Below the pieces are notes generated by a model. The model ran no database searches. It had not been told where the DNA came from and worked only from the letters and a program-made list of their open reading frames with translations. This document shows positions 1 through 13,271 of a DNA stretch of 64,000 bases, one piece after another. Position numbers and translations under genes: made by a program. The stretch is from contig NC_068989.1 of the NCBI RefSeq assembly GCF_001194135.2, positions 59,440,753 to 59,504,752 on the forward strand, written 5' to 3'. Origin of the DNA: Octopus bimaculoides. Lineage: Eukaryota. Positions within the stretch are counted from its first letter, which is position 1, and every line of letters starts with the position of its first letter.

Positions 1-132
1 CTTTTCATCCTTTCGGGGTTGATAAATTAAGTACCAGTTGCACACTGGGGTTGATGTAATCGATTTAATCCCTTTGTCTGTCCTTGTTTGTCCCCTCTAT
101 GTTTATCCTCTTGTGGACAATAAAGAAATAAG
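1..132 (+). mobile_element. tRNA-derived SINE family A, 3' half (cut by the window edge), tail type 1
   Basis: Core cttttcatcctttcggggttgataaattaagtaccagt is shared with more than 10 copies in the window. Tail ccctttgtctgtccttgtttgtcccctct...aataaagaaat. Confidence 0.85.
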
Positions 133-136
133 TAAC

Positions 137-400
137 CTAGGAGAGTTTCAGGGGCAGGGTTTGCAGTAGATATATGTGGGCATTGTGGGTGATGGCAGAT
201 AAGCGAGGTGTGACAGTAGGTAGGAGAGAATAATGGGAAATGGAAGTGGGTTGAGGTAGGGAAGAAAGGTAACTGAGAAAGCTGGGGAATGTAGTATGTG
301 CCTATTTTGCTCACAGGTGATAGAGAAGTGCTGGTGTTAGAGTATGATGTATGGATGAGAAATGTTAACAAGGTAGAGCCCATGGAAAAGCATTACCAAG
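137..400 (-). mobile_element. Degenerate Penelope-like RT fragment
   Basis: C-rich minus strand resembling 6400-6530 and 15186-15480. Weak similarity to the recalled YL..SSSHP...K.SIP.SQ motif. Confidence 0.35.
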
Positions 401-467
401 GTGGTTTTAGGATATCAATAATATTAATAATAATAATCCTTTCTAGTAAAGGTAAGAAATGTGCAGG

Positions 468-640
468 GACGGGACTAGTTGATTACATCGACTCATGTTT
501 CACTGGTATGTAATTTATTGACCCTGAGAGGATGAAAGGCAAAGTCGACTTGGAAGAATTTGAAATCAGAACGTAACTGCAGGCAAAATACCACTAAGCA
601 TTTCATCCAGTATGCTAACGATTCTGCCAGCTCGCCACCT
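468..640 (-). mobile_element. SINE family A copy
   Basis: Head aggtggcgagctggcagaatcgttagca, B-box-like gttctgatttcaaattc, and the family core. Confidence 0.85.
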
Positions 641-2029
641 AATAATCATAATCATAATAAAAGGTTACAAATTGCGACTGGATGTTGACCAAGGACTCAG
701 TTTACCAAGAACTTTTATGTTCATTGCCAATCAAGAAAATGTATTGTTTTGAAGAACATTAAATTTCTTTTGGACCTATTGAAAGATTATTATGTGTGCA
801 GGTTGAATTGCAGGTTGAATTACAGGTTGGAATGATATGATTACTGTGTAGAATAGGTATATAGTGTTTTTTCTAAAGTCATGGCAAAAAATAATTGGCT
901 TAGGAACTAAACAACCAACTGAAAAATATTCAAGAATTCATGAAATATTTTCAGATTCATTAACAGTGTATCTGAATTTGGGGGTATACATAAAATGAAT
1001 CAGGTATTTTTAAATAATGTCAACTTGAATTTTTAAAAATCAATTTCAAAAGGTATAAAATAGATTATTTTTAAAGATAAGAATAACAGTTTTGAAATAC
1101 TAACTGTATTTTGTTGTATTGTTTGAAAATAGATTTTGAGTCATTATTCTGAATTTGATGTTACATTTACTTTTTTTTATAACAATCTTGTTAAATTTTA
1201 TCAAGTCGTAATTTTTTTAATATGTCCATCTTTTGGAAGTTTATGTTAGTATTAAATGTATTAAAATTAATTTCTATTTTCAAGGAATGTAAAAAAGAGA
1301 AAGAATTATGGAAAGAATCTAACCTGGCCTAACTATCCTGTTGTTATAAAAGACTTTATGCCTATTTTAACATTGGCTTATCATCGGTAAGGAATGATTC
1401 TAGAAATATATTTTCACTTCCAATTATTGGTCAAATTGTTATTGCAGGCAATAAGATTCAATACTTATGTAGTTAAAATGAAAAAATACAAACCTTTACG
1501 TTTGCCATTGTTGTTCTCATGGGCAGGGGAAATAACTCTGCATTCCAATGTTTATGTGACTGACAACAGGTTCCACTCTTTCTGGCTTAGTGGTTAACAG
1601 TAAGAATAACACCCAGTTTTAAAACTGTTTTGACAAAAACAAGCCCTAAACTATCTAAGTATAAAAACTACTGCCAACCCACCCACTTCAAATCTTGAAA
1701 AGAAAATGAACATTAAAAATGTGTAAAACACAGAAACTATGGAACCACATATAAAAAAAACTTTTTAGGGAGTTAAAATGGTATCATCAATGAAGCTGAT
1801 ATTCTTCAGAAAATTGACAAATAAGATTAGATTTAAACAACTTAGTCATAGAATAAACATAGAACGTATAGACATGCACAAACATAGACATGCTACAAAT
1901 ATGGCTTATCTAAAAAAATATTTTCTTATGTTAGAGCCAAGCTTAAGTATTTTATCACAAACTTTGACTACCTCAATGACTTTATCAACTGATTTCTCAG
2001 TAAGGAGTATGCCCATGCTCCCAATCCCA

Positions 2030-2810
2030 TCACTGTTTCCTACCCAGAAAATCTTATACCTATGCTCTTTGCTCTGAGGAACCTAGCCAAACTTCATTTC
2101 TGCCTTACTTCTTGGATGCAACACAAATCTACACACCTCCGTTTAAGCATCTCAACAATCTCACTAGACCTACCTTTCAATGTGCCCACATTAAGTGTGC
2201 CAACTCTGGGGGTGTAGAGGGTGTGGGCAGGGAGACATAAGGATGGGGAACAGCATTTTGCATCTGTAAAGAAAGCTCACATGTACGTTTGGCAGACATC
2301 ATATAAGTACAAATAAGTTTCAACCTGCATACACTACATCATCATTTTATTCACTACATTTACTGGGAGATAGCCACTAGATAGGGATGGAAGTTGGGGA
2401 GAGTGTACCGTATAGGTAACTGTTAGAGTTACTAGGAGAAAGGAAAAAGACTTCTAGTACAGGTAGTGGGGACGGGTTGGAAGGGCACGTCATGAACAAG
2501 CAAACATTGTGGCCCAATGAATGCAATGTAAATTATCCATAAACGAATCGAGAGCCACTAATTAACTAACATGGAAAAAGCAAGGATACAGACAGTATGG
2601 GCAAGAGAAAACAGAGTTGGTAACAAAACGAATGAAGGGAGGGAGAGATGAAATTTTTGAGAATTAGAGCTATGGTAGAGGATAAAATATAGTGGGTAAC
2701 CAAAACCAAAACAATTGAAAAGATGAAATTTTCAAGATTTACAACTACAGTAGAGTGAACAGAATTGAACATTTGAATTTTTTAACTTTACTCTAACATA
2801 CAGCATGGGA
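2030..2810 (-). mobile_element. Degenerate Penelope-like fragments (mixed orientation)
   Basis: Minus strand near 2500 reads gggccacaatgtttgcttgttc, resembling the MGPSYACLF motif of Penelope RT. Many stops. Confidence 0.35.
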
Positions 2811-2965
2811 TAGACGATGCTTTATAGGTAAATATATAAACTAATAATAATAATATGGGCACTATACGGTATAATATAAAACTATACAATATAATATCAC
2901 AATTTCAGTACTTATTTCAAAGTTACATCTTCAATTCACATAACTAAGTTATTCTTTTTGCATAG

Positions 2966-3110
2966 ATGGTGGGCATGGATGAAGATAGAAACCATACCCA
3001 AGGATGAACGGACAATGTTTCACATGAAAATACTGACAGCAGAAATGTTGAAAGGGCAGCGGCCAGAATGGGGTTTAAAACGAAAATGGGAAGGCAACTA
3101 TCTCCTTCAG
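2966..3110 (+). CDS. MYO1D: Myosin-Id-like, internal coding exon (post-IQ / start of TH1 tail); first exon visible in the window
   Basis: Acceptor ttctttttgcatag, donor CAG|gtgaga. 145 nt, phase 2 to 0, reading (R)WWAWMKIETIPKDERTMFHMKILTAEMLKGQRPEWGLKRKWEGNYLLQ. EMLKGQR..GL.R.WEGNYL matches my recollection of MYO1D/Myo31DF tails. Confidence 0.93.
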
Positions 3111-3845
3111 GTGAGATAAATTCATAAATTCAATTTTGTTGATTGTTCTATAAGTATGAGACCGACGTGTTGCCTCGAGGTCTTGTTTTTACATTTCAAT
3201 ATTTCGTTGAGATTTACAACTCAATGTCAGTCTCTTTTATGCTTATATACTGCTTGTTTTGTTTATTTATATATTTTCACATTGTTCAGTGAAATTTTTA
3301 ATGAATATTCAGTCATATATGTGAGCTTTGGTAGCAACTTTTCATATGAAAAGTCATCAGGTAATGAAGAAGCAAAAGTAAACTGAATTTGTCACCAGAA
3401 GTGAGAAAAGAATGAGGTCAGAGTAACAGAGGTTATGTGAAAGCTTGGATTAAAAGTTAAATTAGAAGTTGACCTTAAATGTTAAAAGGGTTACATTGAG
3501 GAGAAATTATCCAAAGTTGATGTAAACTAGGAAGTTGTGAAATTTATGCAATAGAAAAATACATTTAATTTGGAATCAAAACACAGCTGCAGGAGTGGTT
3601 GTATAATAAAATGTTTCTTCTTGGAAACTAAAGGAAGCCCATCATATATATACACACCCATATACAGTATATATATTTTTTTCTTTAATCGTTTTTTATC
3701 GTTTAGAGAAACTAAAGAGATGTCTAGTTCACGCTAGATATGAAACAAATGATTTTTCTAAACTATTACATTACACATACAAGAATAAACAACTGTTCTA
3801 TATTTTATAGGGTATGCTCTTCTGATTTATGATATTGTAACAAAG

Positions 3846-3876
<31 letters not shown>

Positions 3877-4099
3877 AAACAAAGTTAGTTTATTTCACAC
3901 GGGTAGAAATATAGAAAAAAATAGAACTTGAAAATGCACTGAGAATAGTTAAAATATTTTTTATTATATGCACAAATTTAACCAGTTTCACAGTTTACAC
4001 TGATTTTCAAACACTTGGCTTATGTCACAGCTGTTTTGCTTCTGACTAGTGTTTGAAGCTTGCCCTATTTTTATTGGAAGTTCATGGCTCAAATTAGTA

Positions 4100-4800
4100 T
4101 ATGTTTCGAATAGGGTTTGATTGGTAGAGAATAGTTACATGACTGGTCTTAGAAATTTTTGTAGGTTCCCCGCTACACCCATGTGTTAGTATCAAGTAAC
4201 AATGTTTAGTGTCATAAGTTAAGGCTGACACGGTTGACTGAATGAGTCTAGTGGTAGTAATCAATGCTCTGAATGTTTTCTGTCAAGTGTTTGTAGAGAA
4301 TGAACACGTGATTAAGTTTTAGAACCTTCTGTGCGTTTTCTGCTATGTACGTGCATTAATGTCAAGTAGCAGTATAATTTGCACCGAAAATGCAAGCTGA
4401 CACAATTGAGTGAACATGTTTAGTTACAATCAGAGCACTCAAAATTTAATCTGTCTGGTGGGAAAGTAGACAGGAGTCGTTTGACTGTTGCTGTAGGAGT
4501 TGTTGAAGGTAATTTAGCACTTGTGAGGAATTTTTTCAGAGACTTTGATTGTCTTTCACTTTTGATTATTTTGTGTATTTCGAATGCTTGTTTCATTCTT
4601 GGGTCTTGTCTTAGTAGTGAAATGTTCTGGTGGATAATATTATATTCTGTATTTCTTGTGTTGTAATAAAGAGTAGATTATTGGATGTATCTGGAGCGTT
4701 TTTTGTAGTTCTTGAATATTTATTGTTTTGGTATTTTCTATTCCATTGTCTGTTAGCTTTAATGAATATTGTCTTTTAAGTAGTATTTGTTTTAGTTCTT
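4100..4800 (-). mobile_element. Possible highly degenerate Penelope-like GIY-YIG region
   Basis: Minus translation TKHCYLILTHGCSGEP loosely recalls GIY-YIG (NxIYxLxCxGCxExYIG). Weak. Confidence 0.25.
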
Positions 4801-4999
4801 AAAACAACCTAAACTTTAGCCACTGGACTACATACAAACAACTCCAGTCTGATTTGGTTTTCTATGACTGGATACCCTTCCTAATGTCAACCACTCTGAG
4901 AGTGTAATGGGTCTGTTACGTTCTGCCAGCACAGGTTCCATTTGCGTGACACTGGGGTGCTTTTATGTGCCACTGTCACAAGTGCCAATTATATATATA

Positions 5000-5039
<40 letters not shown>

Positions 5040-5444
5040 TTTACATATATATATATATATATATTTATATATGCATGTGTGTGTCTGTGTCCATCAACAC
5101 CACTTGACAACTGGTTTTGGTGTGTTTACATCCCTGTAACTTCAGTAAAAGAAACTGATATGATAGAATACCTGGCTTAAAAGATAAAAATAAATACTGG
5201 GGTCAACTCATTCAATGAAATTTTTTTAAGGTGGTACCCCAACATGGCCACAGTCAAATGATTAAAATGAGAGCTAAAAGACATACTGTCTTTTATCTGA
5301 TAAATTAAACAGGTTCTGTTTTTAATAATGTTTGGAGTTACTGTATTGTTTTTGATAATATTTGTGTTATTCTTTGTTGTTTTTTCTTATATTTGATGTT
5401 ATTCTCTACTTTACTCTCTATTGTTTTGGTTTCTTATATTTCAG

Positions 5445-5546
5445 TGTAAGGAAAACTCAAATACTGCTGATTATGTTTCTCGAATGAACAGTTTAAAAAA
5501 GAAAGATGGTTATTCAGCTGTACTATTTGCTTCTTTTGTTAGAAAG
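5445..5546 (+). CDS. MYO1D: Myosin-Id-like exon (TH1 domain)
   Basis: Acceptor ttcttatatttcag, donor AAG|gtaagt. 102 nt, phase 0 to 0, CKENSNTADYVSRMNSLKKKDGYSAVLFASFVRK. Resembles the recalled MYO1D segment LKRKDKYMNVLFSCHVRK. Confidence 0.93.
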
Positions 5547-6049
5547 GTAAGTAAATTCATGGAAACTAAATGATTTCAGTAACAAAATACAACAAAAACA
5601 GACTTGTAAGGTAATTAATGCAATGTAATTAATTTTGCAACATAAAGAAGAAACAGAAGAAAATTTAATATTTTGGGTTTTGGCTCTTCGTCGATAAAAA
5701 GAAAAGAAAACAGAAGGGAAAGTGTGAATGTTTGGTAAGACTTCTACACCAGACATTGCATGTGAAAGAACAGTATACAGATGTAATTAAATGGAAAGGT
5801 GTTTCTTGTTGGAAGAGTTTTTCAGAAAAGCATGATAATGGATGAGAATGTTGTTGTATCATGTGTTATAGTGCATATGTGTGCATTTTTTTCAAATTAA
5901 AGAGAACATGTGAGAATATGTTCATTATGTATGGGGTGGTGTGTGAATGTTGAGAGTATATGCAGGTATGTGTGCTGTTGCGTTGTGAATGAAACACAAA
6001 GATGTGTGTATATGATAGATGGATAGCTAAAGGTGAAGATAGGTATTGT

Positions 6050-7640
6050 GCCACATACTTGAGCCAACCACCCTCTCACTCTGAACAACATTTTCTTTTT
6101 CACTGAATTCTATCATCAAATTACTTGGGTGAACATGGGTACCAAGATAGATCCTAAGTATGCTAATCTATTTCTTGGTCTGAATGAGACCCAAATCTTC
6201 TTCCAGTCCTCTGTACTTATGTTAGAGCTATACAGATATTACACCAATGAATGTGTTCTACATGGTATCACCTCATTCTGCCCCATTCATCCAAATATGC
6301 TATCTTTTTTCCATAATTCCTTCGTCTTCTCTATCTTATGTGCCCTAGTTAACCCCAATCAGATGTTGATGCTTTCACTCAGCTTGTTGTATATTCCACA
6401 TACATTGTATCTACCCTACCCCCAACTCCTTTACTTTCCTCTCACTCACCGTCCCACGACCTTACCACTTTAAATAGCCATTCTACTGCATTTCTGTCTC
6501 TACCAATCTGACCTTACCACTTTCCACCCTATACGCCTTTTTCCACTTCCTTCAGATGTGGCACAGTCCCCATTTTTTTTTCTAATCCATATTTTTCTTA
6601 TGCCTTGCTACACCCAACCTGTAACCATCACCTATTCCTTTTTCTTCTCGAACAACTGCCCTTTCATCCAAGATATTGCTACCATCTAAGAACTAACTCC
6701 TCATTCTACATCACTGGTAACTTCACTTGTACTGAAAAAAGCCTCATTCATGACATAGAATGTCAACTACATGGCATGTTTATACTCTATAGAGTATAAA
6801 CTAGTCAGAGATTGGCAGGCCATTTTAGAAAGCATCCTTTAGATGTCTGACAAACAGTATCCAAATTCTTAGACTTGTAGCTAATCATTTGAATTCCCCT
6901 TGACATAGCCATTTTCAGTTCTTTGTGATGCTATTTTACACCATGGATCAGCAATCTCTTGTTTGCATAGGGAACAACTCCTAGCAAATAATTCATCCAA
7001 CTGGAATACTTTGTTGTCTTTACTTTAAAAACATTGCCATTTCTTACATGTCACTCCTTATAACATACTCCACTGTGCACTTTACATTTCCCCTTCATTA
7101 CTCTCCACATCCACACACACATGCATATACACAACCCATCTTCTATTCTCTAAGCAACTATCTATGACATGCACACAAACATGCTATTATGTTTAATTCA
7201 CATCAGCTATACCGAACACATACTTGCACATGCTCTCTCTCTCCCACACACAGACACACACACACACTTAAAGAACATAAACTTGCATTTTACTGCCCTT
7301 TCTCTTGATAAAACACAAATGCACATACTTTAAAACACATTTACAACAGCTTTCTTGTCCATTATTTCCGTTAACTAAAAAACCTTTCATCTGCTGAGAA
7401 GCACCATCCCATTGTAACTCATAAACACCCTGTCTTCTGTTCAATCCATTTGTCTTTTACATCCATACCATTGTTTTATTCACATCTACACAGCATACAC
7501 ACACACCACTATGGACAAACACCCACATATCCTTACCTACACCCACACAAAGACCATATTCTTACGTCTTGCCTCATATATCAGTGTTCTTATCGATTAT
7601 CTCCCTTGACTGAGAAGCTCTTCTGACGTAAAACTTCATT
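6050..7640 (+). mobile_element. Penelope-like retroelement remnant (RT + GIY-YIG + CA-rich tail)
   Basis: MNMGTKIDPKYANLFLG resembles the Penelope RT motif AMGTKMGPSYANLFMG. GNFTCTEKSLIHDIECQL...ETSQRLAGHFRKH resembles FTC.S.N.IY.I.C..C...YIGET..RL..RF.EH. Frameshifted. Confidence 0.65.
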
Positions 7641-8514
7641 CCACTTTCAGAAGCATTATGCAACTTATGCTTCTTTTTCTTTTTTTCTCCTCTGGTTTTT
7701 TTCTTTTTCTGTACAGCATAAAATTAATTTACAAACTCATTTTTTTCTTTCTTTTCTTTTTTTTTTTTTGTTCTTCTTCCTGAAATCTTTTTAATTACCA
7801 TTACCATGCTGACATGATTCTGTGCTACAACTTGAGTGAAACCCATTTTTTATTTCCTCATTAATCTAAATAAATAGATCACCTATGTAAATTCTCCATT
7901 TTCAATAATTTTTTATCTAAATAATTTACTCAATACTTTAATGCAATAGTTAGGTCTTGTTTCAAATAAATCTCATATTTTAAGTGAAATGATTAAATGT
8001 TCGAAGTTGTAATCCCTAGATAATCCCAGAAAATACATGCAATTTTATAGCCTACAAAACATTTTGTTCAATTAAGTTCTCCGTTGCATAATACCAAGGG
8101 AAATGCCTGATTGATCCAAACAGACATAAAACACACAACTATACTATAATAGTTTTAAAACCTATGACAAACAAATGTAGTTGGATTGCCAACTACATTT
8201 AATGTATCCCAAGGAATCAATATTGCTATCAAAGCCTTCAATCATGCATGGAGAAACTAAACAACAAAACAAAATCAATGTACCTTAAATTTCATACTGC
8301 ATTCCACACATTCATTCATGACATTATACAATTTGGTCTGATAACAGACCAGAATAGAACATGTTATAGCTACATAGCTGAACCTATGAGCTGTTCTTAA
8401 GTAGTTCATCAGCTGTCTCCATGCTATATGTCACTATAATAGTTTTAAAACATGAATGTCACAAAGAGTTATCCATTAAAAGTTTTATTTTTCCATAAAT
8501 TTTTTTCTTTTATT

Positions 8515-8720
8515 TTTTACTTGCTTCATTCATTAGATTGTGGCCATGCTGGAGCACTACTTTGAGGAGTTTTTTATTGAATAAAATTACTTCTTGTTAA
8601 ACCTGATACTTATTCTATCGGTCTCTCTTGTCAAATTGCTAGGTTATGAGGACTTAAAGACACCAACACTGATTGTCAAATGGTGGAGTTGGGGGACTAA
8701 CACAGATGCAGAGACATGCA
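8515..8720 (-). mobile_element. SINE family C copy
   Basis: gtggccatgctggagcac...tacttattctatcggtctc...ctaggttatgaggac. Homologous to 60385-60600, 5150-5285 and 47715-47830. Confidence 0.7.
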
Positions 8721-8751
8721 CATGCGTACACACACACACATATATATGATG

Positions 8752-8912
8752 GGCTTCCTTTAGTTTCTGTCTATCAAATCCACTGACAAAGTTTTGGTCA
8801 ACCCAAGGCTATAGTAGAAGACACTTGCCCAAGGTACCATGCTGTGGGACTGAACCCAGAACCTTGTAGTTGGGAAGCAAGCTTCTAACCACACAGTCAC
8901 ACCAGCACCTAT
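8752..8912 (-). mobile_element. CORE-type tRNA SINE (family B; octopus OR-like)
   Basis: Reverse strand has a tRNA-like head and ggtaccttgggcaagtgtcttctactatagcc, a CORE-domain-like GACCTTGGGCAAGT motif. Homologous to 34192-34348. Confidence 0.75.
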
Positions 8913-9052
8913 TAAGTGGACAATTAGGAAAATCAGACTGAATAAAAGCAGCTTCTAGTGAACTGATGTAAATTCATAAAAGTCCATGAAAAATTATTTT
9001 TTATTTTTTACTTCAATCATATTTTAATTAATCTTCTACCAACAAATATTCT

Positions 9053-9482
9053 TTTCTACTCTAGGCACAAGGCCCAAAATTTTGGGGGAGTAGGGCTATC
9101 GATTAGATTGACCCCAGTACACAACTGGCACTTAATTTATCGACCCCGAAAGGATGAAAGGCAAAGTTGACCTCAATGGAATTTGAACTCAGAACATAAA
9201 GACAGACAAAATACTGCTAAGCATTTCGTCTGGTGTGCTAACGTTTCTTCCAGCTCACTGCCTTTAAAATCTTTTCTACTCTAGGTACAATGCCCAAAAT
9301 TTTGGTGGAGGGGCCATTTGATTAGATTGACCCCAGTATACAATTGGTACATAATTTATCGACCCCGAAAAGATGAGAGGCAAAGTCGACCTCAGCAGAA
9401 TTTGAATTGAGAACATAAAGACAGACAAAATACCACTAAGCATTTCACCCAGCATGCTAACGTTTCTGCCAGCTCACCGCTT
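9053..9482 (-). mobile_element. Head-to-tail dimer of SINE family A (9053-9264 and 9271-9482), tail type 3
   Basis: Two near-full copies, each bounded by cttttctactct. A third ttttctactct follows near 9490. Confidence 0.85.
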
Positions 9483-9539
9483 TTGTGGTTTTTCTACTCT
9501 TCTTTTATTTTTCAAAATTAAGACAAACAAAGTTCTTTC

Positions 9540-10230
9540 TTAATCTAAAATATACTCTCCTTCAATTACCACAATGCTCTTCCATCTATCTGTTAGACTT
9601 GCAAGGCCCCGCTTCTGAAATTCACTTGTTCATGATGAAAAATACTTCTCCAGTATTGTTCTGATCTTGTCTACAGAATTCATATTTTCTCCGCCCAAAT
9701 GATTTTGAAGATTGCGTGCGGAATGATCAGATGGGACAATGTCTGGCAAATATGGTGCATGGGGCATCGTTTCCCATTCAAACTGCTCCAGCCTTCGGAA
9801 TGTCATCCTTGCTGTATGTGGCCAAGCATTATCCTGATGGAAGAACAGCTTTTGTCTTGAAACCAAAGATGGTTGTTTTTCTTCTAGTGCTGACTCAAGC
9901 TGCTTGCAGAAGATCTCCTTTGTTATCATTTGATTTGGGTTGAAAAGTTCAAAGTGGACTAAACCTTTCATATCCCACCAAACAGTCATTATGTGGGTGA
10001 AGACTTTCTTTAGCCTGGGGTGCCAATGTTTCTCCTTTCCCTATGCACTGTCTTCAGTGCTTGACATTTTTATAGAGAATCCATTTCTTGTCACCAGTCA
10101 CTATTCAGTTCAAATAAGGTTCATTTATGAAATGTGACAGCAAAGAAGAGCATACATTCACACTCTGCATCCGATGAGACTAGGAAAGTTTATGAGGAAC
10201 CCACTGACCCAATTTGCTAACTTTTTTGAT
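9540..10230 (-). mobile_element. Mariner (DD34D) transposase pseudogene in a myosin intron
   Basis: Motifs WVPHKL (~10195), VTGDKKW, HQDNAWPH and HAPYLPDIVPSDH. There are 34 residues between the 2nd and 3rd catalytic Asp. The C-terminus RWKSIVVIEGEYILD* lies near 9540. In-frame stops and frameshifts are present. Confidence 0.93.
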
Positions 10231-10436
10231 AGCACGCACATTAACTTTATATCTCTTATTCTCTCTATACATTATAAAGCATGGCTGGAAAAATCAACCA
10301 GCATTTACATCAGCTGTTATATTGTTATTCTTTTTCTCTGGATATCTACCTAAGAAACTTCCTTTGTTCTTTCGTAGGAATATTCTTTAGTAAACCTTTT
10401 TTTAGTATTATATCTGTATTTCTTTTTTTACATCAG

Positions 10437-10553
10437 ATAAATAAGAACAACAAATCATCTGAAAGAGCTGTGGCCATCACTGACAGACATTTTTACAAGT
10501 TTGACCACAAAAAGAAATTTAAATTAATGAAATCTGGAATTCCATTTGTTAAT
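10437..10553 (+). CDS. MYO1D: Myosin-Id-like exon (TH1 PH-like basic loop)
   Basis: Acceptor tcttttttacatcag, donor AAT|gtaagt. 117 nt, INKNNKSSERAVAITDRHFYKFDHKKKFKLMKSGIPFVN. With the previous exon it forms the K-x(n)-K-x-x-x-R lipid-binding signature and the ITDRH.YK motif of class-I myosin tails. Confidence 0.95.
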
Positions 10554-11472
10554 GTAAGTGACAAATTTCTGTTTAGACTGGCTTTACATATAAAAGTTAT
10601 CAAATTGATTGCAAATGAAGAAAGTCAAATAAGATAGTGAATGTATTGAGTTCAACACCCCTCCCACACACACGCAACACATCAGTGCAACTCTCTTTAC
10701 CATTAAGTACAAACACTAAACACACTGCATTAGGGACCTACAACTGGGATTGGGTTGTTTATAGGAATGTAGGGATACAAGTGTACCTTTGGGAAATGAA
10801 AAAAGAAAATGTTGAACTATGGAATAAGATTTAGATACAGAAAGCAAATTTTACTTTTTTATTTTAATCTTTTATTCAAGAAAGAATGGAGTACCTATGA
10901 CTTGTATAGGGTTTCTGAGATTAATGGTGGGTAGAGTGGAGAGGAAGGTGTGTTCCAACCAGAAACTTGGCATGAATATTTGCACTAGAGCAGATTACAC
11001 TAAAGGTGCCTAAAGCACTTAGAGCCGTTAATCTGGACAATGGGTTAAGTTAACCACCCAGTATTTGTTTATCATAATTTAATAGGAGGGTTTGTAATAA
11101 TAATTCATGTGTACCATTAACACGCACACCACTAACTACTAACACAAACCGGTATTATACATAAGTAATTGCATAAACATCAGTACTGTATACTAGTAAC
11201 CTCATGCACCAATATTATGTACCAGGACAATACCAAAAAATAGTATCATATAGCTGTAACTACACTCACTCACACACACAAACACACAGAGCAGTGTTAT
11301 GTGCTAATAACTATCCACATACCAGTATTATACACTATATACTAGTAATTATATGCACACACATACTTGTAACTAAACACATACATTAACTTTACATACC
11401 AACAACACAAGCAAACCAGTATTATATACCAATAATTAAACCCAAAGATGCCAGCATTATATACCAGTTACT

Positions 11473-11530
<58 letters not shown>

Positions 11531-11666
11531 CAGTGTCATTGCAATATTTTTGATCCTTGGCCTGTTCAATTAAGGCTTATTTGGCACTACAGTAACTGCT
11601 ATGACAACAAATGCTGACTGTACATCAATAACATTTGTAAGATAAATATTCTGTATTTTATTGTAG

Positions 11667-11815
11667 CTAACTGGTCTGAGCGTGTCACCAGATACAGACC
11701 AACTTATTATATTTCACATGAATGATGGCAATGATCTTGTTGTAAGCCTTCAACATCCAGGCCAAGAAGACAGAGTTGGAGAAGTGATCGGTGCTATTTG
11801 TAAGAACTGGCATCA
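11667..11815 (+). CDS. MYO1D: Myosin-Id-like exon (TH1 domain)
   Basis: Acceptor tgtattttattgtag, donor CA|gtatgt. 149 nt, phase 0 to 2, LTGLSVSPDTDQLIIFHMNDGNDLVVSLQHPGQEDRVGEVIGAICKNWH. LTGLSVS..DQL..FH..D..DL and RVGE.IG are MYO1D-type motifs. Confidence 0.95.
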
Positions 11816-13162
11816 GTATGTACTTTTAGAATTTTTAAAATTATCTTTTTAACATTTTTGTGAACACCCATACTTGAAACTTGAAATTCAGTTGTTGTTT
11901 ATCTCCGGTGATATTTCTACAAGATGTGTTACATTTTCTTGAGTACTTTTAATCATGTTTCTTTGAGAGGATTAATTTCATACTAATTGCCATTTTAATA
12001 TCGACAAATCTGGGACCACCTATATAAAAATTTTTTTCTTTGAAATAAAATTTTCATCAAAATCTCATAACATAAATGATATAACATGATTTCTGGTGGT
12101 CACCACCAGCTTCGTATAAGGAAGCTCAATGAAGAAGCAGTCACTTGTTCTTAGAAATAGCAGTCAATTTTTCGAATTGCATCATATTACCATAAATAAG
12201 AAAGGACACGTAGAACAGTGTAGTCCTAGATAAACAAAAAGAACAGGATGATCAATGTTAAAACACATTTGATCATAGGTATGCTCAATCAGGACTGCCT
12301 TAGAGTTAAACAACAACCAATATTATATATATTAATGTATAAGGTGACTGAGTATATAAGACCAATTCCAGGAACTTCCCCTCAAAAAGTGAAGTTTCAG
12401 CTATGCTCATGGTGTAATATTACTTACATGGGTAATATTTTGTAGCAGTAGGTCACAAGGTGTTAGGTTTTTTTTTTTCTTATACATATGTGAATTCTTC
12501 ACAAGATAAATGCTATTTTTAGCAGATTTGATATACATAGAATGAAAATTGACCGTCGCAACCTATAATTATATATATATATATGTTTCAACATGTCAAT
12601 AGGACAGTGTTCTGACAGTTGCAAAAGCCTTAGCATTTAGAGTTCACTATTTCAATAGTTAATCATCTCAATAACCACTAGAATGATACTGTCAAGCACA
12701 CTACTATGACTATTAAAATTCATGCCAATTCATTTCAAATAACAACGAAGTACTGTCAATTTATAATACATTGTTACTGGCTGGAGTTTCTCAAGCCCTC
12801 ATGACCCTGTTTAGGCAGTGGTTATTTTACAGGAGCTAACAAGGAGTTAAATATAATTTTACCATTTATATGAAATAGATTTACAGATTTAGTTACAGTG
12901 TATATATTATATAGTAATATACAAAAAACGTTAAATACACCGCTGGTATTTTCTTTAATTTGTAATCTTTGCATCACAAGTCCACAGGTTAAGATCCAGA
13001 TTCTGTTTCTGCTGTTTCAGGTGATCCTTATTTTAAGAGCAATTTATTTTAGGTTCCTATATTCTATTCACTGACACGGTGGTATATAAAATTAGTTATG
13101 TTGCTAAACCTCTCTAAAATCTTGATTATATTGAAAATTAATTGAAACGCATATTCTCTTAC

Positions 13163-13271
13163 AATTCAGGTGATATTCGTTTTTGATGTTTTGTTAGAAG
13201 TGTCTCTGACAGGTTGAGGGTAGGGTAACAAGCTGTGGAGAAGGTTTTGTATTTAATCCTATTCCAAACAT
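13163..13271 (-). CDS. Candidate exon of an unidentified antisense gene, inside the last myosin intron
   Basis: Minus-strand acceptor tcatatttctacatatacag and donor TT|gtaaga. One frame is open end to end (phase 1 to 2): VWNRIKYKTFSTACYPTLNLSETLLTKHQKRISPE. No homology recognised. Confidence 0.3.

Noticed and set aside
10281-10436. ATG-initiated 118-aa ORF suggesting a stand-alone gene
   Set aside because: Only 10437-10553 is coding (a myosin exon). The upstream part is intron read-through.
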